A stretch of DNA of 64,000 bases from Amphiscolops sp. MND2022 (lineage: Eukaryota). Position 1 is the first letter of the stretch, and each line of letters starts with the position of its first letter. The stretch is from contig OZ076409.1 in the NCBI GenBank assembly GCA_964187785.1, positions 5,954,001-6,018,000 of the forward strand, read 5' to 3'. The notes below the pieces were generated by a model that saw only the letters and a program-made list of their open reading frames with translations, did no database searches and was not told where the DNA came from. The position numbers and the translations under genes are program-made. Below are positions 11,501 to 24,396 of the stretch, in pieces.

Positions 11501-14492
11501 TCAATTAAACCTTTCTTTGGCTTTCCACTCAATCCTTCCCCTTCACAAAATGGAAGAACAGTTAACTAAATTCGAAGGTTGAATTACACTTCCTCTAATA
11601 TTCTAACTAAACTACTATATCTTTGGGTTTTGGAGCAAGTAGCTCGTGATTGTCTTCTAGGTTCTAAGTTAGGACTAGTCGGCTCTCACAAACTCTAGAA
11701 TCCCAATTACATGCACTGGTGCTGATCACCACTAATTAGAACAAAAAGCTTTACTTCCCCACTAACTGGAGATAGTTATTCTACTAAGATCAAGCACAAG
11801 TTTTTTTTGAGATACTACCTGGAGGATGCTAAGGCTAACTCACTCTAAACTGGTTTTTATCCAGCCGCAGACTATGTGATTGGAATGAACAAAAAGGTTT
11901 TAGAACGTTGGCTGGACTTCCGGGAGGTGTTTCCCAGTCGTCACACTGCACTTCTCCGAACGTTCTCTATGTCACTCGCACTGCCTTATTTCTGGGGAGT
12001 ACAAGTAGGATTACTGCTAAAGGGGATTCGGAAAGTAGACCTTGGGGTAAGTAGGTGCTGGGACATTAGCTAGCGAAGGTGTTTTACTATTCTGATTGCT
12101 GTGCGATGCCTGGAAACTTGGATCTTAGCACTTCTCAATGCTACTGTTCTTGATGTTCTGTTACGAGACGCGCCGCGTCCAAAGTTTATGTTTCTTGGGA
12201 AGCTACTAAATGCGTTCTAGCTTTCACGCGGTACTTCCCACTTGAAATGCACGTGGCTGCAGCTATTAATCCGTACTTAGATGACTTTGGTGGCCGTAGG
12301 TGGAAAGAGCACGATTTTGGTGTTTTTCACTTCTATGTCTCGTATACAGTTTTTTGACGAACCCGAGATCTTAGGGTTTGGCTAGCTCTATTCTGATTGC
12401 TTCAACTGGACGTGCTATGGGTGTCTAGTGTGGAATTAGGGTCGCTTGAGTCTTCCCTTGCAACTACGCCTACGAAAGATTTGATATTTTTCGTAGAAAT
12501 TCACAAAATCGGTATCTTTGTCACCAATTTGCACGTCTAGGAAGGGTGAAAATCACTTCTAGAGCTGCTTTCGACTTGATAATTTAACACGGTATACTGT
12601 AGTGGCCAAATCGTGGGAAAATTATCGCCGATTACACCAAAATTTATTATACGTGACATGGGATTGTTCGGAGTACAATGTTGTTACGAAACTTGACTAT
12701 GTTGTGAAATTCACACAAGTCCGTCCAACTCGCCTTCTAGGCTTCCTAGCTACCTGAAAATTTGTATGCGAGCGTGAAATAAGTCCACGTAACAGAAAAA
12801 CAATTTAGCGGGGTGCCCAGGTCAATATTCGGCAATCCGAGTTGACAAAACTAGGGTGTACCCTATATGTCACTTTTTGGGGTCTGAACTCACAAAAATG
12901 TCAATTTCTCCAAATTGGACATTAGCAAACTGCTCAAAACGCACAAATCGTCGGGACCTAGTGCCGTACGTACGAAAATGCAAGAATCTCAGTGCTGGGG
13001 TACCTCCAAGGTATAGCACTATACTCAACTAAAATTCGATTTTTTCGACAATTTCGTACAAATTTTGAGTAAAACTGCGGCTAAGATTTCTCAATCACTA
13101 GTTGTGGTAGCGCTACGAAAATTACACCACTAACGTAACTTTTTACGGTTTAGACGATGATGCATTCTGTTTTGGGCTATTCCTGCTAGGAGAGATTTCG
13201 ACCTGTCTCAGGAACACTATTCCAGTGTACCGATATTGTCACTGAAATAACGCGTTTTTGGCTATTTCTCGGCAACTACTGGTTGGAATCACTGGCGATT
13301 TTCTGCGTTTGCAACGTTACAATCTATACTAACAGAAAATAGGCAAGCGAAACCTGGCAGGTTCCAAATAAGGTCTCTCAAACATTTTTCAAGTTACACT
13401 TTTTACACTCTGGGAACACTTGTGAAAAACACGTATGTTCCCTAAGTACTTTTTGTTTCTCGGTTTCCAGATGTTCAAAATAGTTCTAATAGTACAATAG
13501 GAAGGTGTAATCACTTTATTCAGGGGACTGGGGTTGTTTCAATTATTAGTTTTGATGTTATAACTCTCAGGTCTATGGGGTCCTCTACTCAGGTCAATGT
13601 ATATCAAAGAAAATCAGGGGTTAAAGTTTCAATTTATATTGGGCAATGCTAAAAGTTGTCTTGGCAGTAATGTTCCGTACCACCAAGCTCGGGAACAACG
13701 TTTTTGAGCCGATCTAAAAGCTTGGGAATAAACGCCCATGGCCAAAATTGATGTTTTTTTAACAAAAATTGCTAAATTTTTCGATGTTTCAGAAATTTAG
13801 TCCAGCAAATTTTTCTGTTCCTGACCTAGTAGGTCTAGTGGAACGTTTTCATTGTATTCCCACCGGCCGTATTCTATTCTACAAATTTTGACTCTCAAAA
13901 TTAGTAAAATTGAGGTTTGAGCTATAGATAAGGTGATTTTCTGGGTTTTCGCGCTCAAACTTTTTCACAACAGGTCCAAACACGCACTGGGTATTTTTCT
14001 CAGCTAGTTTTTGTGGGAATAGGCCTGGGAATATGTTGTTTGAGCTTCTAAATCAAGAAAATTGGTGATTTCACCCGTTTGACGTGGGTACACTGCAATC
14101 ACAAGGGTACGGGAGAGTCGTCGTGTAGGACGTCACCACGTCATCACAGCTGGTGGAAACCTTCAGCGTTCGTCCTCTTGGTCCCCATACCTTGCAAATT
14201 AACTGCAATGAGGCTACAGAACCCTTTAAAACAGAATCCGGTGAGGCCGGATGTTCAATTTCAACAGGTAGAAACGGTTTTTAATCGGTACTCTGTTATA
14301 AATCGGATATTTCTCATTTCAGACCCTGGAAACATGCAGGAAACGCAGGAAAAACACTAATACAAAATCTGTAATGCTGGAATAAGGCAATAAAAACAAT
14401 CTAGGACTCTCCAGAAAATTTTCCTAGATCCAGACCTAACAGGGCCCGGAAAGCAGGAGAAACTCCTATTATTGCGAAAAGATGGAAAAGGT

Positions 14493-14508
14493 CACCTGTG
14501 GGGCGCCA
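14493..14508 (-). promoter_or_regulatory. Candidate primer-binding site TGGCGCCCCACAGGTG
   Basis: Starts with TGG and lies 16 nt downstream of a GTTACA LTR-like end on the minus strand. Confidence 0.45.
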
Positions 14509-14524
14509 TAAAAACTATCCTAGA

Positions 14525-15255
14525 TGTAACGTCAAGCTTGCAGCTACATTCTAGAACTAGGATAATGCTCAGGATGTTTTAACAAGAGACCGGTGTCCTA
14601 TAACAACCTAAACATCAGCTTTTCATCCCTAAAAGGTCTCAGTAGGGACTTTTCCAAGACGTCGTGGAGACTCCTCATATTAGAGCTCCGTGGCGACGTG
14701 CCGGCACACTCAAAGTCCGGACACATCCCACAAGCACGTAAAAACGTATCCTAAAGAGTTCCTGCGGTCCTACATGCCTCCAAGGTCCGAAAACGGGGTT
14801 CTAGTCTGAAAGCATTCTATTGGGAAAATAACCTTCAAAAGTACCAGCACAAGGATCTAGCAGATCCTGCATTGCCCTAAATCTGCAATTGAACAATAAT
14901 AACAGCATAATCAATCAAAATCGACATTTCCAGCGTTCTCTCATTGATTCTACAGTTTCCAGTTCTTCTTAGAATATGGGATATTTGGATCCCGGGCCAT
15001 TTCGTCGTAAAGAACTTGTAATTTCCGAGTGAGATGGCACAATTCCGAGTCTCAGTATGTGTCTCTTGTCGTCTTCTTGTCTTTTTCGTCTTGGGAGGGT
15101 CTTTCTTTGCGTTCTGTTCTTCTTTTTTGATTTCAACGACCTGTTAGGTTGGCCATTTTGATTCGCACACTTTTTGGTCCTTGATCGAATTTTTGGTGTC
15201 GACTGGTGGACGTTACAAAGGGTTTCAAAAAAGAACACGCTTAGATCCTTCTACA
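14525..15255 (-). repeat. Putative 5' LTR of element 1
   Basis: TGTAG...GTTACA ends, between the PBS candidate and unrelated LINE sequence; partner LTR is not in the window. Confidence 0.35.
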
Positions 15256-15289
15256 GACTCGATCTCGAATGCTAATGGGCCAACCATTC

Positions 15290-16750
15290 AACTTAATCAA
15301 ACGCTTTAAATATGCCGATGATTCTTCAGTACTTCTATCCGGACAGAAAATAACAGTGGTTGCAGGACACCTGTTTGGATATCGGAAAGTGGCGCAGACG
15401 CTGAAGAATGGCTGTACACCAGGGAATTCGAACAGTTGATTTTTTAAAGCTTGAGTGGAAAGTTTGAGTTTGGGTTCGAGTTTGGCTCAAACAGGGCTGC
15501 GAAAGTTTGAGTTTGAATCTAATCTATGATGTTAAACTACGTGAAAAACAAAATGACATTCAAATTTTTAAGTGAATGAGAAGTAAAACCAAAGGTTTTA
15601 TGACAGCAATGATATATTTTTCTTCAAGAACATATTGCGATTGTCTTTATCAGGCGTAAGTCGATTTTGTAAAAAACTTTTTGACATTCGTGCCAGTGAA
15701 AAAACACGTCCTGTATCAGCACCGTTTCAATAGCCAATGAGACACCAGCATTTTCAGCTTGCAAAAACACAGTAGACTCTTGTAAAGGCTTCAAGATGTT
15801 GCAAACTTTCTCCAGTTGCCTCCAGCCGAAATCACAATGTAAACGGATCGAAAACCGAAATTTTGCCTTCAACCAGCTCACACGAAGACATAACCCAGAT
15901 CAAACTAAACGGAGAAAACTGCAAAATCAGCGAAACCACGAAATCACTCGGGCTCAACATCGATTCTAAACTCAACTACAAATAATACACTGAAATCTCA
16001 GTTGCCAAAGCTACGCGAAACTGGCATATCCTTCGAAAGCATTGCAGCGGGGCATTACCCTTCCGACCCTAGTCTATCTCTACCGATCTGTCATACAACC
16101 CCCAGGTTTATATGGATAACCAACATGGGCACAAAGGAATATCAAATGCCTGCAACTTTTCCGAAACAATATTCTGAGATCGATCTTCAAAAACTGTTTA
16201 TTGCCACCTATTGGTTAAGCTGAAGCTCTCACAAAGTCTAGCAGTCAAATTTTTTATCAAAAGAAGCAGAAAAACGACCTAATGCAAGCAGCCAACAACC
16301 AAGCAAAAACCCAAAGCCGCAGCAATAGTTGCGTCCTCGTAAGTTTCTGGAGAAGCCATTGCAATTGACCAACAAAACCGAAAATGGTTACACACCTGAG
16401 TCGATATGCGCATATCTAAACAATTTATAGCTAAACCAATGGAAAAGCCCACTCACCAATGTCTTACTCAGATATTTCATTCACTCGAAACCCGGAGTTG
16501 GCAAACCCTGCCCAATTATTAGGGGAAATCCCTATTATGCAAATTGCATCTGCAACCTACTGATGGCCAACACGGCGATTTTCAATGAGAACAAATGGAA
16601 GTTAAGCAAATGTGCCTCACCGAAATGCTCATGTGGTGATGAAGACAACGCATACCACTATTTCTTTGTCTGCAGCAAAGTTTTTGCCTTCCGTTCTCAT
16701 GAAATTGTCTTCCTTGACATCAAGTCATCTGGCTTCTTTTTTTTGTAGAG
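15290..16750 (+). mobile_element. Degenerate non-LTR retrotransposon (LINE) ORF2 3' remnant
   Basis: KYADDSSVL at ~15308, SLGLNIDSKLNY thumb-like motif at ~15950, C-terminal CSCGDEDNAYHYFFVC. Confidence 0.7.
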
Positions 16751-16783
16751 ACACTTGGCCCTGAAACTTTTAGGCCAATTTTT

Positions 16784-17114
16784 AGTCGGCAGTTTCAATA
16801 ATAAAAGAGCCCGATGATTACAGTCACTCATTTTTATGAAATTGTTTTGAAGACAGACTTGAAGCGACGAACGTTAACGTTCAACTAAAGGAAACCAAAT
16901 ACCAGGGAAACGCATCTAAGTTATTCCAAAGGGCCCCCCCTCGGTATTTAACTTTTGAAACGTAACCTACAAACCGGACGGGACTAAAGATTCCCCTCTG
17001 TTGACATTTTTCAGCAATGTTCGACTTTTTTGATTTTTTTGTCTTCAAAGAGTCCCCGTCAAATTTTTTATTTGAGACTTAGATATAGCGCCGACTTGAC
17101 ATGTTCCCGTTTGT
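16784..17114 (+). mobile_element. HINE/DINE-1-like non-autonomous Helentron copy
   Basis: TTTAGTCGGC 5' subTIR with nearby inverted repeat; 3' AGCGCCGACT followed by a degenerate hairpin; inverted relative to the three other copies. Confidence 0.6.
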
Positions 17115-17574
17115 TCTTTTTTTCTTTTCCGTTTTCTTTCACTATCAGATTTCATGGATCTTCGTCATCAATCAAGTGCCATGTGTATCATCATGTTGAG
17201 GGAGAAAACACACACCCGTGGTCTGCAACGAAAGTAGGGAACCACATGCGTGCCACTATCGCAGTAGACCAGTAACAAAAAAAAGCAACCAGCAAACTAC
17301 TCATACCAGCCACTATCCCAGTCGACCAGTATGTTGAAAAAAGTTGAAAAATGTTTATGAAAGAAATTTATTCGAACGCATCTCTGTCTCTCACAGTTCC
17401 TAGAACACAAGCCGCATTGCCGTTCTGAAGAGCCATTGAAATCCGTTGCTTCAAAAAGCTGCCAGTACGTTGATCTTCGTCCGAACGACAGAGCATTTTT
17501 CAACGACGAGTGATGAAAATTTCACTGCTCTCGCCTAAAGAACCTTGTACTTCCATGGCCACCGGCTGATTATA

Positions 17575-17823
17575 CTATCCATTGTCTATTAATTCGTGAT
17601 ACTTCTCACTTTTACGCGCTTCAGCTTCGGTGGCCGTCGGTCCCGGGTTGCACAAGGAGACGCGATCCAGGCGACTGGGTGCAAGAGCATCCACAACCGT
17701 GACATCCCACACCAGCTGTTTGCCCAGTTCCCAAGCAACCATGGTAACACCGTCTGGGCGTTTCCCATTAGTTCGGTACAATCCATGCGGTTCGAGCATC
17801 AAAGGCAAATCGGGACACCGCAA
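17575..17823 (-). pseudogene. Restriction-like endonuclease domain of a CRE/NeSL/R2-group non-LTR element
   Basis: EP..L...GKRPDG...W..GKQLVWDVT...AEARKSEKY motif. Confidence 0.8.
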
Positions 17824-18099
17824 CGTCTGCTTTATGAGCGAATTGAGAGGGCGGTGGATGTTAGGACCGACTCAATTTGCGCAAATATGCAATTTGTCAC
17901 TGAGATCGAAGTAAAATGGTTGGAGAAAATGAGATCGAATCAATGTTTTCAAATTACTAGCGTGTTCAATTTACAATGTTTTTGGCCCTCAGATATGCCT
18001 CTATTTCCTCTAGTGCCCCGCGATCCCTTGGGGACGTTTAGTTTCGCATCTTGCTAAACGAGGTCGAACAGGAGCAAGGACCTATCGGGAACAAAGATC

Positions 18100-19500
18100 G
18101 CCAAGCGATCGTAGTTAGAGCTGGTCTTTGATACAATGAGGGTGAGCGTGCTTACACCGTATATGACGACATATTAGATGGGGAAAAGAACCTGAAGTAT
18201 TTTAAGTCTCTTTTCGACTCCAAACAGTCAATCAGACGCTGAATGGAATCCGAAAAAAAAACTGGAGACTCAATCTTTTTGCTGGGTGCCTTCACAAGGT
18301 TTTAGATTTTATTTCTGTAACCAAGTAATACAGAACATTTCTGGTTGATGAATTCTCGAAAATCTATCTTTTTTTGTAAAAAGCTAGAGTCTAGGAATGA
18401 TTGGTTCTCAATTGGGGAATTGGTGGGTTCTCCATAGCCGGTGTTTCCAGAGGTGTCTTGTTTTCAAAGGTTTCATTTTGTTGCCAGACAATCTCAGATC
18501 TCCAAGTTCTCCTTGAAAACTGCTTTAACTGTCGTAGTGTTTACTCCTTTTAGCGTAAACTCCTTGGTATGGAAGAGTGAACTATTAGAAGAATCAATAA
18601 TATTTATTTTTTGAGAATGCTGGAAGTTTTTCCTTGGTACCGAAAAGACAGAAAAGAGTTGCTTGTGTGCGACCGTCCCTTGCTGTGGAGCGTAATTGGT
18701 GTATAGTCCAATTAAGCAGTTCTTTGACCATTGGGTTTCGGAAAAAACTTTCACATGAACCATTGATATAGGCGTCAGTGCTATAAGATCATTGCGCTCT
18801 GTCAAATGGAGTGGCGTCTCCTCCATGATTCCATGATGAAGTCTGTTGTGTCTAGCACAGCTGTCGGGTACTTTGCAAGACATGCGTGAAGGGCACTATT
18901 TACCTTTATGTCAAGGACTTCGGTGAATGAAACAAACTAGAGGTTTTACATTTTCGTGACGTTCTTCTTTGGATATCGCTCAGAAGAGGGGATAGTTTAA
19001 AAGTGGGTGTCATCCATCGCTCAGCTCTTTTTTGAACGTTTGTGCTTGGAAGCTGTTGTTTAACTGAATATGTGTGATTGGGCTAATTACCTTTTTGATC
19101 AGTCTTTCGGATTCCGATGGCTGAAGATTTCCAATGTGGAATGAACAAATTCTCGATTGATGAAGATACATTCCCATTTGATACCATCTGTGTGAGGTCG
19201 CTTGTCTGTGTCTTACTTCAGATTTTCTGTTGAACCAACATCAATGATTAAATGGTGTTCTCTGAAAGTATGTACCACGTGTTGATGAAAGCCAAAAACT
19301 CAATGTACCCTTCCTCTCGTAAACCATTATCTGGTATTGTTGGTTGTCGAAAGTGTTGCCGTAATTCTTCTATTGCTCTGTGAAAAAGAAGTCCATTGCA
19401 ATTGAAGACTTCAATTGCCAATAAGCAGGTGTCTGGGTGGTCGTCATTTGTGTTTTACCAATCTTGAATTGGAATCAGCTACGCCAATTTCGCCTTCTGA
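18100..19500 (-). mobile_element. BEL/Pao gag-protease remnant (boundaries approximate)
   Basis: CKVPDSCARHNRLHH Pao-type knuckle in ORF 18494-18883; surrounding sequence heavily degraded. Confidence 0.45.
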
Positions 19501-19551
19501 GTTGAATTGAATCAAAAAGTTCAAATTTAATTTGAGGACGTGACGCTGAAA

Positions 19552-19891
19552 ACAAGCCGGAACCGGCCCAAGTCGGAGCCATATCAAATGCTCCAAACTT
19601 ACAAAAGGACTTCAAAGTGTCGAAATTTAGTTAAATTGGGGACCAACTGATCAAATTTTCTTGAAGTCTCACAATGCTGACAAAACTGTAAGGGGAACAT
19701 ATAGTCTCGCCCGGTTTTGTATTTTGCGCGGAAAGACTTGAAAAATCTTTTTGTCAGTTCTCTAGGCCAAATGGTTCAATTTGGCACGATAAATTTTAGT
19801 TAAACTTTTGAGAACAGTTTTGGTCAGTTCGTGTGGATTGAAAAAAAAGAACCACTATAAGATTCGCGTTTCACTTCATTAAGCACCGACT
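19552..19891 (-). mobile_element. HINE-like repeat copy
   Basis: ACAAGCCGGAACCGGCCCAAGTCGG...AGCACCGACTAAAAA termini shared with other copies. Confidence 0.65.
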
Positions 19892-20754
19892 AAAAACCAA
19901 CCTTTTTCAAAACGAACTCTTGATTTTTACCAAATTTTACGCTGTCATTACCCAATTCATTCTTTGCTTGAAAATCAGAAAAAAACAAATTTCACCCTAT
20001 TCAAAACGAACTGTGTAGAATTTCACCAAATTTCACTCTGTGATTACAAACTCAAGTCATTGCTTTAAAAACACTGAGGAAACAAACCAACCCTGTTCAA
20101 AATGAATTCTGTTGAAGCACTCGTCTTTTGGCGTCGAAAAGTTTTCACAATTTTCAGAGCAGTTTTGTTGCTAACTATTAGCAAAAAAAGTCGAGGCGCT
20201 TTTTTTACAGTGATCTCCAACGAAGGGGTTTTAGGTTCCAATATGTGCAATGACATCACAGTAATAATACTATACTTAGTAACAAAAACTACACTAAGAG
20301 AAAATAATATATATGGAATAGAATGAAACGATTACATCTCTCGTAGTTTCAAAACGGTACAATCTAATTGTATTTGTCACGCCTTTGAAAATAAAAACCA
20401 TGACAATAAAACCATTGAAAATCAAGTGAAACTTCGCAGTCACAAAAGTTTTATAACAGCACTTTTTTCGCAGGGGTCAATTTGCATGCATCAACGACCA
20501 GGAAACGTGAAATTTCTGTCCTTGAAGACCCAACGTAGATTTCAAAATGTGTGCTAATCAAATAACTGTGTTCTTGGGTAATGATTTCAACCTTGATTTT
20601 CAAAAAACTGATTTTGTTTTCGGAGCATTAATTTGGTTTTCGTTTGAGCAAGCGGGGAATCGCTACCAAAACGTTCTCAATTAGAACACTTTGACCTCTT
20701 GGTGCATCTCTTGGTGTTTACAAAAGAGTAGGAAGTCATCTACATAAATGGGAA

Positions 20755-21277
20755 ACAAGCCGGGAACGGCCCAAGTCGGCGCCATATCTAAGGCTCAAAA
20801 ATAGCAAAAGGACTTCAAAGTGTCAACTATTTTCTTATACAGTACCCGCATGAGGAAAATATTTTCCGAATCTTTTTCGAAATGTTTTTGAAGTCGTCTC
20901 CGGTAAGTCGCATAGTGCCGAAAAATGTATAGGGGGCGCTTTGGGCGTTTTTGAACATCCATTCTTTGCAAAATAGGAAAAAATTGAAGGGGGACCCTTT
21001 GAAGACAATTTAAAAAATGCGAAAAAAGTCTCACAAAGCCGAAATAACATGCACAAAAAAATTTTGGTGCAGGACGAGACTCGAACCCACGTCCTTCTGC
21101 TTGGCAAACCTCAAAAATTATAATTAACCCCTATGCTAAGTGGCAGTAGAAGTTACCATAGTGTGGCAGTTAGTGGAAGCCAGCTTATAAAGCTTATAAA
21201 ATCTATTACCTCCGTTGGTCCTAAAAAGCAGAAAAGTCACTACTATAGTCAGCGTTTTTCTGCGAAAAGCGGTGACT
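20755..21277 (-). mobile_element. HINE-like repeat copy with internal tRNA-like fragment
   Basis: Same termini; internal GGGGGACCCTTTG motif; B-box-like sequence at 21065-21109. Confidence 0.7.
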
Positions 21278-22907
21278 AAAAATGAAAGGAAAAGAGAAGC
21301 GAACGTTTCAGCCCATTTTATTCTATTAAGCCCTCCAACATTTCTTCCCCAAAGGTTTAATCATTTCGAAATTGGCATCGATCACTGATGAAGAACTCAA
21401 GACACTCCTCAAACACGGGAAACGTTTCATTATTTCCTGAAATTTTTCGTGATCAATGGTATCTACCGAGTTGCAAGAAAAGTCCACGTTTGAGCTATAT
21501 CTAATCAATTCGAATATCTACGCGAACACGTGTACAGCGCTATGTTGGAATCTAAAGCCATTTTCTGTAAAAATTGGTCTACTCGTTTCGAAAGTCCTAA
21601 ATCTGGTTTCAACAACGCCTGAAAGACTTACACAAAAACGAAAAGATTAATATTAGACGTTTTTAGGTAAATTTTTAGTAAGTTTTTTGTGATACCTTTC
21701 TACCATTTTTATATGGGGTAAAAATTCTCAATTTTCAAAGGCCGTAGCATTACATTGTCGATTATTAAACTATGTGGTTGCACCAATTGGTACCTTTCAA
21801 TGTTTTGCAAAATGACACGTCTGGAATATTTCAGCAGTTAAAACATCTAGTCATCGGGAACTAGATAGATTATTGGCATTATCAGTCTTGATTTCTTAAC
21901 TTAGCTTGAAAAACTACAGATTGTTTTGCTACGCTCTGAACTCAAGATTGAGCTTGAAAACCCGTTCGCAAAAACAAATGCGAAGTTTTGAATGAACGTT
22001 TTATAGAGAAACGGAGCCTTAGAAGATTGAAGCAAAATATGAAATCAAGTTTGTTTTTTGAGTTCAGTTCGGCGTGGCTGTTGTGTGATTAGCTTGTAAG
22101 TGGTCCAATTGGGTGACTTTTGAAACACCCAGTTTTGTATTGTTGTCACGTTGCCATCAGGGCTCTTTTTCCTTCCCCCCCACACATTTTTTTAAAAGAA
22201 AACAAACTCAACATAAAGGATTATATTTGACTATATCATTCAAAATTCCTTCGAATAAGTCTTTTCCTTTGTTTTGTTGTCTCCACACTATTAGAGTAGT
22301 TTTCCGCTTGAACAAATCATTGTTCACACAATTTGACTAATTATGTTCGTATTGAGTGTTTATTGATGACTCAAAACAGGAAGCTGTTGATTTCTTCATC
22401 AAAAAAGCGTGACTGCATAGGGAAAAACAAAGCGTGAACAAAGTTTGTATCTGAATCCTAAACTATCACCCTGAGAATAAATTTAAAACTGAACTGTTTC
22501 ATTGGAAACGCAATTGAGATATAGTTAAATGCAAAAACATCATCTTGAAAAGTGTGTGTGGGGGGGGGAGAAAAAGTTCCGCTATCAGTAGCAAAGTTTA
22601 GGGAAGTGTTTGAAGCAAAATTGAAGGTCCTACTCGACCTGCTACCGAACAAGGAAAACTTACAAACATCAGATGTGGTCGAAATGTGATCAGAGTCTTC
22701 TTAATGCCTAGGCCAGTTCGCCACAAAGTATTTGGATATGAATCTCGGATTCCAGTGAACTAATGAGGAGCATTCAGAAAATTCAAGGTTTTTGTGGTTC
22801 CATCAGAACCGTATTGCATTTGTATTCCGGCGTATAAGTCCCCCTTTTTTGAATTTCTGTTGGTCAAATGTTTGGGGAGGGGGCGTATACGACAAAAATA
22901 AAACAAG

Positions 22908-23097
22908 AGTAGTGAGTAAAGGGGGGGGGGGGTTTAGGTAGATTTTGAATCCTTTGCAACTTTTGCTAACATGAAAAGTTGGTAGCTAGAATTATCAGCT
23001 GAGAGTGACAGCTATATGACAACCGAGTACACAATGGACTAACCAAGTTTAACGTTGACAGTGGTTGACATTTGGCACACAGAAAGTATCTATATTA
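22908..23097 (+). repeat. Polinton left TIR
   Basis: Reverse complement of 36775-36960; G12 run versus C7 run; mismatches cluster in the inner half. Confidence 0.95.
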
Positions 23098-23455
23098 GAT
23101 CTTTTATTATTATAACCTTGAGCTGAAATCAAAACGAAGGTGAATGTGAAACTTACCATATAAGGTGTCAGAAGCGATACCCAGTAATATAAAGAGGAGC
23201 TGTAAATTTAACCAATTTGCCGAAATTTGACCATTTTGCCAAATTGACTGTTGCTGAAAGTTCCTAGCACAGAATTTGGATTACCTCAGAAAAATACCGG
23301 TTAGCGACAACCAAAACACGCTGTTACACTGTGCTAGGAACAGCTTCGGTTTTGGACGGAAAACTCCATTTTAAAGGAAAAGTTACATAACCGAGATAAG
23401 ATATCCGAACCAATTTCCTTCCAAATTGAACGCCATTTGGTTCTTCAGCTCCATC

Positions 23456-24331
23456 ATGTCAAGTGTCTTACGCGAAATTCCTACTCATTTCTATTACTTG
23501 GTTTTCTTCACTGAAGAAGAAAGGTTGGCTAGTAATCATCAGGAATCGCCACCCTATAAAAAATGCAAACCTGCAGATGAGCTTCAAAACAGATTTCCAG
23601 AAAATCTTTGCCGATTTATTAAGAAACTCCTGAAAAACACTCACTGCGAGTACAGCATCAGACGCCATGGAGTAGCTGAGCAAACGGAAGCAGATCTTTG
23701 TTCAACTATCCAGGGAGAGCATTTCCATATTCTCCTATACATCAAGTCATTCGTGGGCGCAGAGAAGTTCATTAAAGAAACATTGGGTGCCCAATATCTG
23801 GGCAACCAGACGACATTGAAAGTGACGAATAGTCAAGTAAAACTATTCAAAATTTCCTACCCAGAGAATTGTCTCCTAACTGAGGCCCGTCTTAGCGGAA
23901 ACAATTTATTCATTCACGGGAAGAAAGTGGAAAAAATTTTGAATTCGAAACCAACCCCTGATTTGGGATGCAATTTCAACTTGATTTGGGAGCTGCAACG
24001 GAGCTGCTACACTCCATTCAATGATAGAGAAGACTCTGAAAAACTTTTTTTTCTAAGCCAAAGATTAGTTGAGCTGCAGAGGTCTCAAACGGTATTCAAA
24101 GACAGTGTGCTGGACTTTATAGAGCTGCTTGAGCGAGGCTTTGGGACAATCCACGCTTCGCATCACAACAATGTTCTGTCAGTGGATTTGGGATTTTCAG
24201 ATGCTCAATGCCAATGCATTGAATGTGTTGAAGGTCAAAACTCGGAAACTGATAATGTCGAGGAAAAAGTGAACATAAACTACACCACTGATTTGTTCAC
24301 ATTCATTGATGAGAATTCACAATTTCCCTAA
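23456..24331 (+). CDS. Polinton accessory protein with HUH-like motif
   Basis: Intact ~290-aa ORF; GEHFHILLY; C-terminal CQCIEC. Confidence 0.75.
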   Translation: MSSVLREIPTHFYYLVFFTEEERLASNHQESPPYKKCKPADELQNRFPENLCRFIKKLLKNTHCEYSIRRHGVAEQTEADLCSTIQGEHFHILLYIKSFVGAEKFIKETLGAQYLGNQTTLKVTNSQVKLFKISYPENCLLTEARLSGNNLFIHGKKVEKILNSKPTPDLGCNFNLIWELQRSCYTPFNDREDSEKLFFLSQRLVELQRSQTVFKDSVLDFIELLERGFGTIHASHHNNVLSVDLGFSDAQCQCIECVEGQNSETDNVEEKVNINYTTDLFTFIDENSQFP

Positions 24332-24396
24332 ATCATTTATCAAAAATTTCTGTTGAGAAACAGTTGCTTTGATTTGGATGAAATAAATCTTTCAAA

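Larger units (their letters stand above)
1..15255 (-). mobile_element. Ty3/Gypsy LTR retrotransposon (element 1), decayed, running off the left edge of the window
   Basis: Minus-strand gag (CCHC knuckles), protease, RT, RNase H and integrase in Gypsy order with many frameshifts and stops; right boundary is inferred from TGTAG at 15255, next to a LINE remnant. Confidence 0.85.

Noticed and set aside
206..11582. Many plus-strand ORFs over element 1
   Set aside because: Antisense shadows of gag/pol with no motifs or splice structure
14969..15238. Basic 89-aa ORF as a gene
   Set aside because: Non-ATG start, low complexity, lies in a presumed LTR, no motif
21065..21109. Functional tRNA-Gly gene
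   Set aside because: No D-arm or 5' acceptor strand, and weak stems
22921..22932. G12 run as a specific G-quadruplex element
   Set aside because: A single homopolymer whose length differs between the TIRs (12 versus 7); probably slippage or sequencing noise
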